IMG/VR virus record: IMGVR_UViG_3300021959_000028
Span: 6,152 to 70,151 of that record
Length of the DNA: 64,000 bases
Source of the DNA: a virus
Reading direction: 5' to 3' (one strand)
The translations under genes and the position numbers were made by a program. The notes beneath the pieces were generated by a model that worked only from the letters and a program-made list of their open reading frames with translations, did no database searches and was not told the DNA's origin. This document shows, piece by piece, positions 11,101 to 18,775 of this stretch; positions within the stretch are counted from its first letter, which is position 1; every line of letters starts with the position of its first letter.

Positions 11101-11432
11101 GCGCCAATGGGATTACTTGCAGCATTTCCAAGAAATGCACTGACCGAAGATACTGCTGAACTAACACTAAAGTTGGGCATAAATTCTCTAAGGTCTCCTG
11201 TTTGAAGTCCTTGTTGTACTTGTCCAAAAGAAGATTGTACTTGAGAAACTGTTGACTCTACATCTCCAGCAAACGAAGAAGCTTGGTCTTCAAGAACTCT
11301 AACATTATTAGATAAAAAACTTCCTGTATCTCTAAATAAAGAATTTCCAAAGTCTGATACACTATTAAACGAAGCACCTAAATCGTTAGTTAGAGTATTA
11401 ATTTTGTTGCTTATAATATTACCTATGTTCAT
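8193..11432 (-). CDS. Baseplate hub-like protein (gp27-like by position) with a C-terminal M15 zinc peptidase domain
   Basis: C-terminal R...SWHSMGLAIDIN...WGGAW...DAMHFS is the M15 (SxHxxGxAxD) motif. The body ends in IWGDPY...GLYQVLEVLHKFNNGRFTQEL, typical of hub/late-control-D folds. Confidence 0.7.
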   Translation of the reverse strand: MNIGNIISNKINTLTNDLGASFNSVSDFGNSLFRDTGSFLSNNVRVLEDQASSFAGDVESTVSQVQSSFGQVQQGLQTGDLREFMPNFSVSSAVSSVSAFLGNAASNPIGALGGAVASTFSELVGITGNSFQASGGSGSVISNTPGPNVRLGNPLENYASYNCIFTIGCLSDDQVVSPSSYRSGGPAVTVLRSGGGGINGKRVQNYFELASGRRVEYFIDDVELKSVLSPNRSSGVSTGTKISFKIIEPYSIGQWLLSMQGAATACGYANHTDANYLLTIQFVGFDENNGNPQNIEDTTKNIPFRLINAEFSVDGAGSVYTVEAVPINDHAFSDEVQRIPFETNFTGPTVAESLGFGTASLASTINERQQSFEESTNIDRADLYLITFPLTRENQQDTPSSSVGGSATVDPGLLSAAEQVAERRGEEFRNNLQSVVTDWYAGITNQVAGVGYGRGQVDPALARAAGLDSSTLTASVSQEASQLFDSLNLQGISDVNPIGNSQIITDFNASGDNPFGHAGFTLNEETGVFSRNGIELTISNTNRTFKFPQNMTIQEIIEEMVLISDYGRTAMTLINQDGNIPWFKVESEVYPISAPATESILGRKPRIYVYKVVPYMVSSDKFSTPDNPTPNTSNLSRQVVKEYNYVYTGLNRDILSLDFEFKAAFYDMINAGLGNSNRGTNTGGSDNTSAITEVPAQMGTPAGAAQEGAKAYLGSGASMGAGGSYDSNVAEQIARQFHGTILDGVDLLQVDMEIWGDPYYIPDTGVGNYTAAAGPSINITADGGIDYQYSQVHALLKFRTPIDYNESTGLMVFQEDIITDLQNFGGLYQVLEVLHKFNNGRFTQELKMLRVRNQNLEGAANERLISQQGTTTELGRVNEGTAGVAGTPGGPATNGTGAAVPGGGAGGGSGTGPSSAQSLGSTGGTAAPTPVPGNSGAEGPTATIRTPGGRTATVAQLYAENFQGLVDELEGELGYEIRSIGGLSDRNIAGTGTRSWHSMGLAIDINPAQNGHMKPGPLVTDMPANGTGSLMRALAAKHGLGWGGAWRSSKDAMHFSAGANEGGTYTGARDGRIPPGRSG

Positions 11433-11734
11433 TATATGTTTAATACCTTTTTGACATTTTCGGGTCTTGGCAAATATATTGTTGTTCCTGCTACAAAATC
11501 AAAAATTGGATCTTTAATTGTATCCATATTTCTTTGTGCAAATATCCACCAAAGCTTTGAATTTTTGTAGTAGTCGTAGGCTAACAAATCTGGTCTATAA
11601 GTGTACTGAGTTTCTATTGTATACAACAAATCATCAGGAGAACTTGGAACTGGTCTAATACGCATTAGATCTAATGTTCCTTGTTTATTAAAAGGAGTTG
11701 TATGATAGGGACTTGTTGCTTTATATCTTGCCAT
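11432..11734 (-). CDS. Baseplate wedge protein, gp53/LysM-like
   Basis: YTYRPDLLAYDYYKNSKLWWIFAQRN...IKDPIFDFVAGTTIYLP. Confidence 0.85.
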   Translation of the reverse strand: MARYKATSPYHTTPFNKQGTLDLMRIRPVPSSPDDLLYTIETQYTYRPDLLAYDYYKNSKLWWIFAQRNMDTIKDPIFDFVAGTTIYLPRPENVKKVLNI

Positions 11735-12726
11735 TAGATAAATCCTTGTCCGTTAGTTACATATGATCCATTTACAAAGTTTGACAAACTAAAGGAACTA
11801 GTAGTATTTCTGCTGTAAGTAGGTCTTACAGTAACCGATATTAAACTTTGTGTAGGTGCCCATGCTGTTGAGCCACTAGTTCCGCCTTGTCCAGACATGT
11901 TTACAGCAACATAATCAACATCGCCTTGCATATCAACTGTAAAGTTTGTAATTACAACAGGAACATCTTTAAAGACATAATCACCATAACCGTTCAATCT
12001 TACAATCGGAGGAGGATTACCTAAATTTTCGCCGGAACCATAAAACATCTTAGTAATACTTCTTAGATAATGCACTGCACCTATCCAATATTTTCCTTCT
12101 TCTTGGGTTTGTACAGTAAATTCTCCAGTAATAACAATATCATCAACTTGACTGTTTTCGTAAACTTGAAATGGATAATTTGTGTGTACAGGATGTAAAG
12201 AATTATAGTTTGCACTATGTCCTAGTATAATAGTAGGCGTGTACGGCCAACAAAAACCGCCAGTTTCTTGCAATGGAGCAATTAAGTTCGAACTACTAAA
12301 TGATCCTATTCCTGAAGGTAAACTTAATTTTACTCTCCAGTCGCCGCCAGCGCCTGTTGCTTTAAATTCTGCAGATACTGGAGTATTATCTAACCTTTCA
12401 GAATTTAACAACTGCTGAGAACGCACTGCGGATGCTAATCCATTAGGAGAACTGTTTGATCCGAAAAAACTTTCAATATTGTTTATAGAATTTCCTACAA
12501 AATTATTAGTTCCTTGATTAACTAAACTTGTTAGAGGATTGTTAGCACCTAAAACATTTTCAGCAGTAGATTGTAAAGAAGCAGAAGTTATGTTTGCAAA
12601 ATCGCTTCCGATTTGCTGTATAGCTGATTGTTGTGCTTCTTGTAACCGGTTAGATGCAGAAGCAAAAAAGCTCTGTCCTGCATTCTGAACAGACCCGACT
12701 ACGTTGTTGAATAAATTAAATGCCAT
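11734..12726 (-). CDS. Tail tube initiator/baseplate-tube junction protein (gp48/gp54-like)
   Basis: WPYTPTI...Y..LHPVHTNYPF...GNPPPIVRLNGYGDYVFKDVPVVITNFTVD is a tube-initiator type fold. First gene of the baseplate operon. Confidence 0.65.
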   Translation of the reverse strand: MAFNLFNNVVGSVQNAGQSFFASASNRLQEAQQSAIQQIGSDFANITSASLQSTAENVLGANNPLTSLVNQGTNNFVGNSINNIESFFGSNSSPNGLASAVRSQQLLNSERLDNTPVSAEFKATGAGGDWRVKLSLPSGIGSFSSSNLIAPLQETGGFCWPYTPTIILGHSANYNSLHPVHTNYPFQVYENSQVDDIVITGEFTVQTQEEGKYWIGAVHYLRSITKMFYGSGENLGNPPPIVRLNGYGDYVFKDVPVVITNFTVDMQGDVDYVAVNMSGQGGTSGSTAWAPTQSLISVTVRPTYSRNTTSSFSLSNFVNGSYVTNGQGFI

Positions 12727-12745
12727 AAAGGTTCTCCTATAACAT

Positions 12746-12772
12746 TATTTAGTTGACAAAATTAACTACGTA
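12746..12772 (-). promoter_or_regulatory. Putative late promoter of the baseplate operon (TACGTA-N15-TAAATA)
   Basis: Minus-strand TAAATA at 12751-12746 lies upstream of the SD AGGAGA and the ATG at 12726. Confidence 0.55.
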
Positions 12773-12781
12773 TATTATAAT
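12753..12781 (+). promoter_or_regulatory. Consensus sigma70 promoter for the late sigma gene
   Basis: TTGACA (12753-12758), 17-bp spacer, TATAAT (12776-12781). Immediately followed by an overlapping TAAATA late box (12781-12786). Confidence 0.85.
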
Positions 12782-12806
12782 AAATACAATTATCCAGGAG
12801 ATCATA

Positions 12807-13631
12807 GTGAGAAAAAGAAACTACCTTAATAACAAAGACTTACTTCTCGAAATACACAAATCAAAAAATACGTTTAATAGTTATACAGATCCAGACTTTG
12901 CAGATTATGACATAATTTTGCCAAGTATTGAGAAAATTAACATTAGAACTATAGCAGAAGCAAAGAGAAACAAAGCAAAAAAACTATCTACCGAAGCATA
13001 CGAAACTCGTAAAATGGCAGGAGAGCGGGTAAAACAAGCAGAATGCGAGGTTGATTACAAATCTATTACAAAAGAAGAACTTATCTTTCGAATTATGTCA
13101 TTTGACCATATACCTGAAGAACCAGGACGGAAGAAAAATCCAAAAACAGTAGCTGATACAAAAACAAAATTAAATTTTCCTCCTTTTCAGCACTATAAAT
13201 TTGACGATGATGGAAACTTACAATGTGTAGGCAAGAGTCACTGGATCGGAGGAATGGAAAACGGACATTTTTCAAAAGATCACGGTCAAGCAACTAACAA
13301 ACTTGCAATGATGTGGTTAAAATTAGTAGATCGCTATGCTACTCGTGGTAATGTACGAGGTTATACTTACAATGACGAGATGAAAGGTCAAGCAATTGTA
13401 CAGTTAGCACAGATTGGTTTGCAATTTGACGAGTCAAAGTCTAACAATCCATTTGCATACTACACTGCCGCAGTTACAAACTCATTTGTCCGGGTTATTA
13501 ATCTCGAAAAACGTAATCAAAATATTCGCGACGACATTTTAGAGATGAATGATTTAAATCCAAGCCATACACGATTGCACAATGCAGAATGGGAAGCAGC
13601 TATCAAACGAGAAGAAACTAATAATAATTAA
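12807..13631 (+). CDS. Late transcription sigma factor, T4 gp55-like
   Basis: NYLNNKDLL...RGYTYNDEMKGQA...FDESKSNNPFAYYT...NSFVRVINLEKRNQ are gp55 motifs. Start moved to GTG 12807 because AGGAG precedes it and the ORF-track start is the -35 box. Confidence 0.85.
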   Translation: MRKRNYLNNKDLLLEIHKSKNTFNSYTDPDFADYDIILPSIEKINIRTIAEAKRNKAKKLSTEAYETRKMAGERVKQAECEVDYKSITKEELIFRIMSFDHIPEEPGRKKNPKTVADTKTKLNFPPFQHYKFDDDGNLQCVGKSHWIGGMENGHFSKDHGQATNKLAMMWLKLVDRYATRGNVRGYTYNDEMKGQAIVQLAQIGLQFDESKSNNPFAYYTAAVTNSFVRVINLEKRNQNIRDDILEMNDLNPSHTRLHNAEWEAAIKREETNNN

Positions 13632-13635
13632 TCGG

Positions 13636-13664
13636 TTGACTTTCAGCATATAATGCTGTATGCT
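13636..13664 (+). promoter_or_regulatory. Sigma70-type promoter for gp47/gp46 with an inverted repeat in the spacer
   Basis: TTGACT, 17-bp spacer, TATGCT. The spacer contains CAGCAT-ATA-ATGCTG. Confidence 0.65.
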
Positions 13665-13694
13665 ATACAAACGTAAAGCTAAGAGGTAATTTTC

Positions 13695-14705
13695 TTGTTT
13701 AAAAAAGCAGCAGTCTTTACAGACATACATTTTGGTCTTAAAGGCAATTCTAAAGTACACAATCAAGATTGTGAAGATTTTATAGATTGGTATATTGATA
13801 CTGCAAAAGCTGCCGGTTGCGAAACTGGTATCTTCTGCGGTGACTGGCACCACAACCGTAATAGTCTAAATTTGACAACTATGGATGCAACAATTCGTAG
13901 TATGGAAAAACTAGGTCAAGCATTTGAAAAATTTTACTTTTTTGATGGCAATCACGACTTGTACTATAAAGATAAACGAGACGTAAACAGTACAGCCTTT
14001 GCAAAACACATTCCGGGTATTACATTTATTGATAAAATTTATGTAGAGGAAGATGTAGCACTTGTTCCGTGGTTAGTTGGCGACGAATGGAAGAAAATGG
14101 AAACTATCGAAGCAAAATATTTGTTTGGTCATTTTGAACTTCCTAGTTTTTATATGAATGCAATGGTACAAATGCCAGATCACGGAGATCTTAAAGTAGA
14201 ACACTTTAAGAATCAAGACTATGTATTCTCAGGACACTTCCATAAACGTCAAAAGCAAGGAAAAGTGCATTATATCGGTAATGCTTTTCCACATAACTAT
14301 GCAGATGCTTGGGATGACGACCGTGGTATGATGATACTCGACCGTGAGAACGATGCAGAGCCAGAGTATATCAACTGGCCAGGGTGTCCTAAGTATCGTA
14401 CAGTTAAACTATCACAACTAATTGACGAAAAAGACACACTTATCAAGCCAAATATGTATTTGAGAGTAACACTTGACTTACCAATTAGTTATGAAGAAGC
14501 AAGTTTTATTAAAGAAACCTTTATTGATCAATACGGTTGTAGAGAAATTACATTAATTCCTCAAAAACATCTTGAAGAAATTAATTCAGAACTTGATATT
14601 AGTGCATTTGCTAGTGTTGATCAAATTGTTAGTGAAGAAATAGCATTACTAGATACTGACAACTTTAATAAAAAGACACTTTTAGACATTTATAACGGAC
14701 TGTAA
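13695..14705 (+). CDS. Recombination nuclease, T4 gp47 (Mre11/SbcD-like)
   Basis: Metallophosphoesterase motifs DIHFG, GDWHHNR, GNHD and SGHFH. TTG start after GAGG. Confidence 0.92.
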   Translation: MFKKAAVFTDIHFGLKGNSKVHNQDCEDFIDWYIDTAKAAGCETGIFCGDWHHNRNSLNLTTMDATIRSMEKLGQAFEKFYFFDGNHDLYYKDKRDVNSTAFAKHIPGITFIDKIYVEEDVALVPWLVGDEWKKMETIEAKYLFGHFELPSFYMNAMVQMPDHGDLKVEHFKNQDYVFSGHFHKRQKQGKVHYIGNAFPHNYADAWDDDRGMMILDRENDAEPEYINWPGCPKYRTVKLSQLIDEKDTLIKPNMYLRVTLDLPISYEEASFIKETFIDQYGCREITLIPQKHLEEINSELDISAFASVDQIVSEEIALLDTDNFNKKTLLDIYNGL

Positions 14706-15256
14706 TGATTGTAACTGGTAATAAAAACGAACACTTTGCAAAAAGTTTGTTTAAGCTATATCCTGAAGCAGTTTTTGTTAGCAGACAGTCAGGTTACGAC
14801 TTAACAAAAAAAGACGATCAAACAAAATTTGCAAATGAGTGTCTAAATCACAAAACTATTATAATTATGAGCGCACTATGGCGATTTAATCAAACAGTTT
14901 TACTAGATTTAGTTTATAAAACGTGTGTAGAAAATAATCATCGTCCGCATATTGTAACAATAGGCAGTACAACTGATAGAGTTAAAAATGGAAAGCCATG
15001 GTTATACAATGCAGAGAAAAAAGCACTAAGAGATTACTCAAATACGCTTGCATTAGGCGGAGTTTGGGATTCAAAACCAAAAATTACGTATATTAGCTTC
15101 GGAACTCTATCTAATAATCAGCAAAAACATCCTGAAAGAAGATGTTTAGACATTGATAATGCAGCTACGTACATAAAATGGGTGTTGGAACAACCAAAAG
15201 ATATCGCAATTAACGAAATTAGTATAGATCCTATTCAAAAGGTAGAAAATGATTAA
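14705..15256 (+). CDS. Short-chain dehydrogenase/reductase-like Rossmann protein
   Basis: IVTG start, SRQSGYDL, HIVTIGS, YNAEKKAL (YxxxK) and C-terminal INEISIDP. Confidence 0.65.
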   Translation: MIVTGNKNEHFAKSLFKLYPEAVFVSRQSGYDLTKKDDQTKFANECLNHKTIIIMSALWRFNQTVLLDLVYKTCVENNHRPHIVTIGSTTDRVKNGKPWLYNAEKKALRDYSNTLALGGVWDSKPKITYISFGTLSNNQQKHPERRCLDIDNAATYIKWVLEQPKDIAINEISIDPIQKVEND

Positions 15257-17021
15257 AATTAAAGATCTTACAGTAAAAAACTTTATGAGTGTAGGTAATC
15301 AAACTCAAGCAGTTGACTTTGATCAACAAGATCTTACACTTGTACTTGGAGAAAATTTAGATCAAGGCGGAGACGACAGTGGATCACGCAATGGTACAGG
15401 TAAAACTACTATCATTAATGCTCTAAGTTATGCATTATATGGTCAAGCACTTACAAATATCAAAAGAAACAACTTGATTAACAAAACTAACAGCAAAGGC
15501 ATGTTAGTTACTCTAACTTTTGAAAAAGATAATTTAAATTACAAAATTGAACGTGGACGTTCTCCGAATGTTCTTAAGTTTTTTATTAATAACGAAGAAC
15601 AAGATTTAACTGACGAAAGCCAAGGCGACAGTCGTAAAACGCAAGAAGATATTAATGACTTGTTAGGCATGAGTCATGATATGTTTAAACATATTGTAGC
15701 ACTGAATACATATTCAGAGCCTTTTTTGTCAATGCGGGCTAATGATCAACGTGCTATTATCGAGCAATTACTCGGAATTACTATTCTTACAGAAAAGTCT
15801 GAAGTACTTAAAGAGCAAATACGTCAAACTAAAGATTATATCACACAAGAAACTCTTAAGATTGATGCAATACAGGCATCTAATTCAAAAATTCAAACTA
15901 CAATCGATAACTTAGCAAAAAATCAACGTGCTTGGAAGGCAAAACAAAAAACAGATGTCGAAAAACTACAGTTTGCTATTAGCGAACTAGAACATCTAGA
16001 TATTGATGCAGAACTTGAGTCACATGATAAACTACAAAACTGGACTGAACTAAATGCTGCGATTACTGCTCTTAATAAAGAAAAGGGCACACTCGAAGCA
16101 GCACTGTTACGTGCAACAAAAAGTGTAGAAAAGGCAGAAAATGATATTTCTGGTCTAGACGAAGCTACATGTTATACCTGCGGTCAAGCACTACACGACG
16201 ACAAAAAAGAAGAACTTGAAGCTCGAAAAGCTAAAGAACTTGAAGATGCATTATCATACCAGACCGAAGTTGCAAATAAACTTAATGAGGTTATGGCAGG
16301 ACTTAACGATATCGGTGATATCAACGGACGTCCTAAAACGTTTTATGAAAATATGAAGGAAGCCTACGAACATCGAAACAACGTAGATAACTTAAAACAA
16401 ACACTGATAAGTAAAGAACAAGAAGAAGATCCTTATCAGGCACAAATTGACGAACTAACCAATACTGCACTTCAAGAAATCAACTGGAATCCGGTAAACG
16501 AACTTAATAATTTAAAAGATCATCAAGAATTTTTGCTAAAACTTCTTACTAATAAAGATAGTTTTATTCGTAAGAAAATTATTGATCAAAATCTTGCGTA
16601 CCTAAACAATAGACTTACATATTATTTGAACAAATTAGGTTTGCCTCATCAAGTTTCCTTTATGAATGACCTAAATGTTGAAATTACACAGTTAGGTCAA
16701 GATTTAGACTTTGATAATTTGAGCAGAGGCGAACGTAACAGGCTAATATTAGGATTAAGTTTTGCATTCCGCGACGTTTGGGAATCACTATACCAAAATA
16801 TTAATCTTTTGTTTATAGACGAACTTATCGATAGCGGCATGGATAGTGCAGGAGTTGAAAATTCAATTGCTGTACTTAAAAAGATGACTAGAGAACGTCA
16901 AAAAAACATTTTCCTTATTAGTCACAAAGACGAACTAATGGGAAGAGTTAATAATGTTCTCAAAGTTGTTAAAGAAAACGGATTTACAAGTTACGCAAAT
17001 GATTTAGAAATAGTAAACTAA
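15249..17021 (+). CDS. Recombination ATPase, T4 gp46 (Rad50/SbcC-like)
   Basis: Walker A NGTGKTT, zinc hook CYTC, signature LSRGE, Walker B FIDE and H-loop ISHK. Confidence 0.93.
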   Translation: MIKIKDLTVKNFMSVGNQTQAVDFDQQDLTLVLGENLDQGGDDSGSRNGTGKTTIINALSYALYGQALTNIKRNNLINKTNSKGMLVTLTFEKDNLNYKIERGRSPNVLKFFINNEEQDLTDESQGDSRKTQEDINDLLGMSHDMFKHIVALNTYSEPFLSMRANDQRAIIEQLLGITILTEKSEVLKEQIRQTKDYITQETLKIDAIQASNSKIQTTIDNLAKNQRAWKAKQKTDVEKLQFAISELEHLDIDAELESHDKLQNWTELNAAITALNKEKGTLEAALLRATKSVEKAENDISGLDEATCYTCGQALHDDKKEELEARKAKELEDALSYQTEVANKLNEVMAGLNDIGDINGRPKTFYENMKEAYEHRNNVDNLKQTLISKEQEEDPYQAQIDELTNTALQEINWNPVNELNNLKDHQEFLLKLLTNKDSFIRKKIIDQNLAYLNNRLTYYLNKLGLPHQVSFMNDLNVEITQLGQDLDFDNLSRGERNRLILGLSFAFRDVWESLYQNINLLFIDELIDSGMDSAGVENSIAVLKKMTRERQKNIFLISHKDELMGRVNNVLKVVKENGFTSYANDLEIVN

Positions 17022-17022
17022 T

Positions 17023-17253
17023 ATGGATGACATACACGACCAACTAGTACAGGCATATTTAGAATATTTTGCTGCTAACGAAGTGTGGGAGCGAAAAAAA
17101 TCTGTTAGAACATACGACAAAGTACAACAATGTATTAGAAAAGTTAAAAAACTAGCAGATGCTAGAAACAAAGAAATTAGGCAAATACAAAAAGCTAAAA
17201 AAGAGGCAATGCAAAAAGCCAAAAAAGAGGCAATACAAAAAGGCAATCTATAA
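17023..17253 (+). CDS. Small basic hypothetical protein
   Basis: 76 aa, starts 1 nt after gp46. C-terminal QKAKKEA(M/I) tandem repeat. Confidence 0.7.
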   Translation: MDDIHDQLVQAYLEYFAANEVWERKKSVRTYDKVQQCIRKVKKLADARNKEIRQIQKAKKEAMQKAKKEAIQKGNL

Positions 17254-17261
17254 GTACACTC

Positions 17262-17711
17262 ATGCAGTGGACTTATGAAGGGACGATTATAGACAAAATA
17301 CCAGACGAATACGAAGGCTTTGTTTATCTCATCACAAATAAAACTACTGGGCAAAAATACATAGGCAAAAAACTAGCCAAATTTAAAACTACTAAACCAC
17401 CACTCAAAGGCAAGAAAAATAAAAGACGTGGATACAAAGAGTCAGACTGGAAAGACTATTGGGGATCATCTGATAGACTCAACGCTGACGTCACTGCACT
17501 AGGCCCAGAAAATTTTACAAGAGAAATATTATATCTGTGTAAAAGCAGAGCAGAAATGTCCTATATCGAGGCAAGAGAGCAATTTGACCGCCGTGTATTA
17601 GAGAGCGATGAGTATTACAACGGAATTATAAATGTTAGAGTTGGCGGTTCAGATAAATTGCGCAAGGCATTGCTAGAGCATAGCATACAGGCAAAACAAT
17701 CCAACACATAA
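17262..17711 (+). CDS. Minimal GIY-YIG nuclease (Seg-like catalytic domain only)
   Basis: GFVYLITN...YIGKK, YWGSS, FTREIL, E(AREQ) and YYNG are all core GIY-YIG motifs. No obvious C-terminal DNA-binding domain. Confidence 0.85.
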   Translation: MQWTYEGTIIDKIPDEYEGFVYLITNKTTGQKYIGKKLAKFKTTKPPLKGKKNKRRGYKESDWKDYWGSSDRLNADVTALGPENFTREILYLCKSRAEMSYIEAREQFDRRVLESDEYYNGIINVRVGGSDKLRKALLEHSIQAKQSNT

Positions 17712-17714
17712 GGT

Positions 17715-18100
17715 TAGCGGGCCAGTTTGCAAATACCGCTGTGGAAAAAGCATCCGTATAGGAGCACACGTAACACGTTGAGCAGCGTTCGGTAGTAGAA
17801 CGTTTGATTGACGTAGACTGATTGTTGGCTGTCGAAAAACTGCACATTACACACAAAAACCCTTAGCACTAGGAACGAAGCGGGGGGTAATGTATTATAC
17901 AGAAAGCATAAGAGCGTCTTATGCACTCTATATAGTACATGATGTCGACGTAGGTTGGGAAAGGTCAGAGCCCATTGTGTAGCAGTATAACAAACACCTA
18001 CTTCCAAGTCTCGGCTGGTGGCGAACTCACATGAAGCTAATTTTTTGAGACGACGGGACCGTAACAGGTTCCGTCTGACTGAAACAATCTACATGAAACT
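17715..18100 (+). ncRNA. Putative large structured non-coding RNA of unknown family
   Basis: GC-richer intergenic tract with many stems: AGCGG/CCGCT, CGTTC/GAACG, a long hairpin at 17890-17940, GTAGGT/ACCTAC, GTCTC/GAGAC, GACGGGACC/GGTTCCGTC, and long-range GATTGTT/AACAATC. Confidence 0.6.
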
Positions 18101-18101
18101 T

Positions 18102-18221
18102 AAACATATACACTTCGTGTATATGTGTTTTCTCATAATAACTTATATCAAACAAACGAAGTGTATAGTTTGAGCGTTAGCGAAAACAAATATCTACGAA
18201 GTAGATATTAAGTAGATATTA
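18102..18221. repeat. Cluster of inverted repeats with C-GAA-G loops and repeated ACGAAGT cores
   Basis: CATATACAC-TTC-GTGTATATG (18105-18125), ACGAAGTGTATA (18156-18167), AATATCTAC-GAA-GTAGATATT (18189-18209) and a tandem AAGTAGATATTA. Confidence 0.8.
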
Positions 18222-18253
18222 AATAAATACAATACAATTAAGGATATCTCTAG

Positions 18254-18775
18254 ATGAAAATTGATGAAGTTACAGAATTGGATGAAGCTCCTGTAAGTGC
18301 AATTAAACAAAAAGCACAATCTATTGGGTCTCGTGTTTTAAATAAAGTTGGTGCTAAGGGAACAGCAGCTAATTTAGCAGGTAAAGCAGACTATGGTGCA
18401 ACTGCAAATAAGATATATCAGCAGTTTAATGCTTACCTTGGAACACAAGATAAAAATATTAAACAAGCTACAGGTATTGACTTAGATACATTTCTTAAAA
18501 GTAAAAAAATAAGAAGAAATGATATTCCTAACGGCGTGTTACAAAAAAATCAAATTAATGCTATTTTACAAGATGTTGCAAAACAAGCATTACAAAAGCA
18601 GCAAGGAGCAACTAGTAGTGCAACTCCTTCTGATACTAGTACAGATACTAAAGCAACAAAGCAAACATCAAAAGATACTCCAACTGGCGAAAAACCAAAA
18701 ATGCCTGCAGATTTATTAAAAAAATTAACAGCACTTTCGCCTGAAGAGAAAAAACAATTAGCGAGTATACTATGA
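18254..18775 (+). CDS. Probable internal head protein (late)
   Basis: TAAATA box upstream (18224) and AAGGA SD. N-terminus MKIDEVTELDEAP carries (I/L)xE prohead-protease-like sites. Basic body. Confidence 0.6.
   Translation: MKIDEVTELDEAPVSAIKQKAQSIGSRVLNKVGAKGTAANLAGKADYGATANKIYQQFNAYLGTQDKNIKQATGIDLDTFLKSKKIRRNDIPNGVLQKNQINAILQDVAKQALQKQQGATSSATPSDTSTDTKATKQTSKDTPTGEKPKMPADLLKKLTALSPEEKKQLASIL

Noticed and set aside
12753-12806. ORF-track N-terminal extensions of the sigma factor (from 12753) and the acidic core protein (from 26566)
   Set aside because: Both extensions run through promoter elements. SD-supported starts are at 12807 and 26665.
17955-18085. RNase P RNA, suggested by GGGAAAGGTCAGAGC
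   Set aside because: The match to GAGGAAAGUCC is loose and the 3' ACAGAA.CCGGCUUA element is missing.
17712-18250. Group I or group II intron carrying the GIY-YIG gene
   Set aside because: The flanking ORFs look complete and unrelated, so there is no split host gene. I found no convincing P7 R/S elements in the right order and no GUGYG start or domain V. A divergent remnant cannot be excluded without a covariance search.
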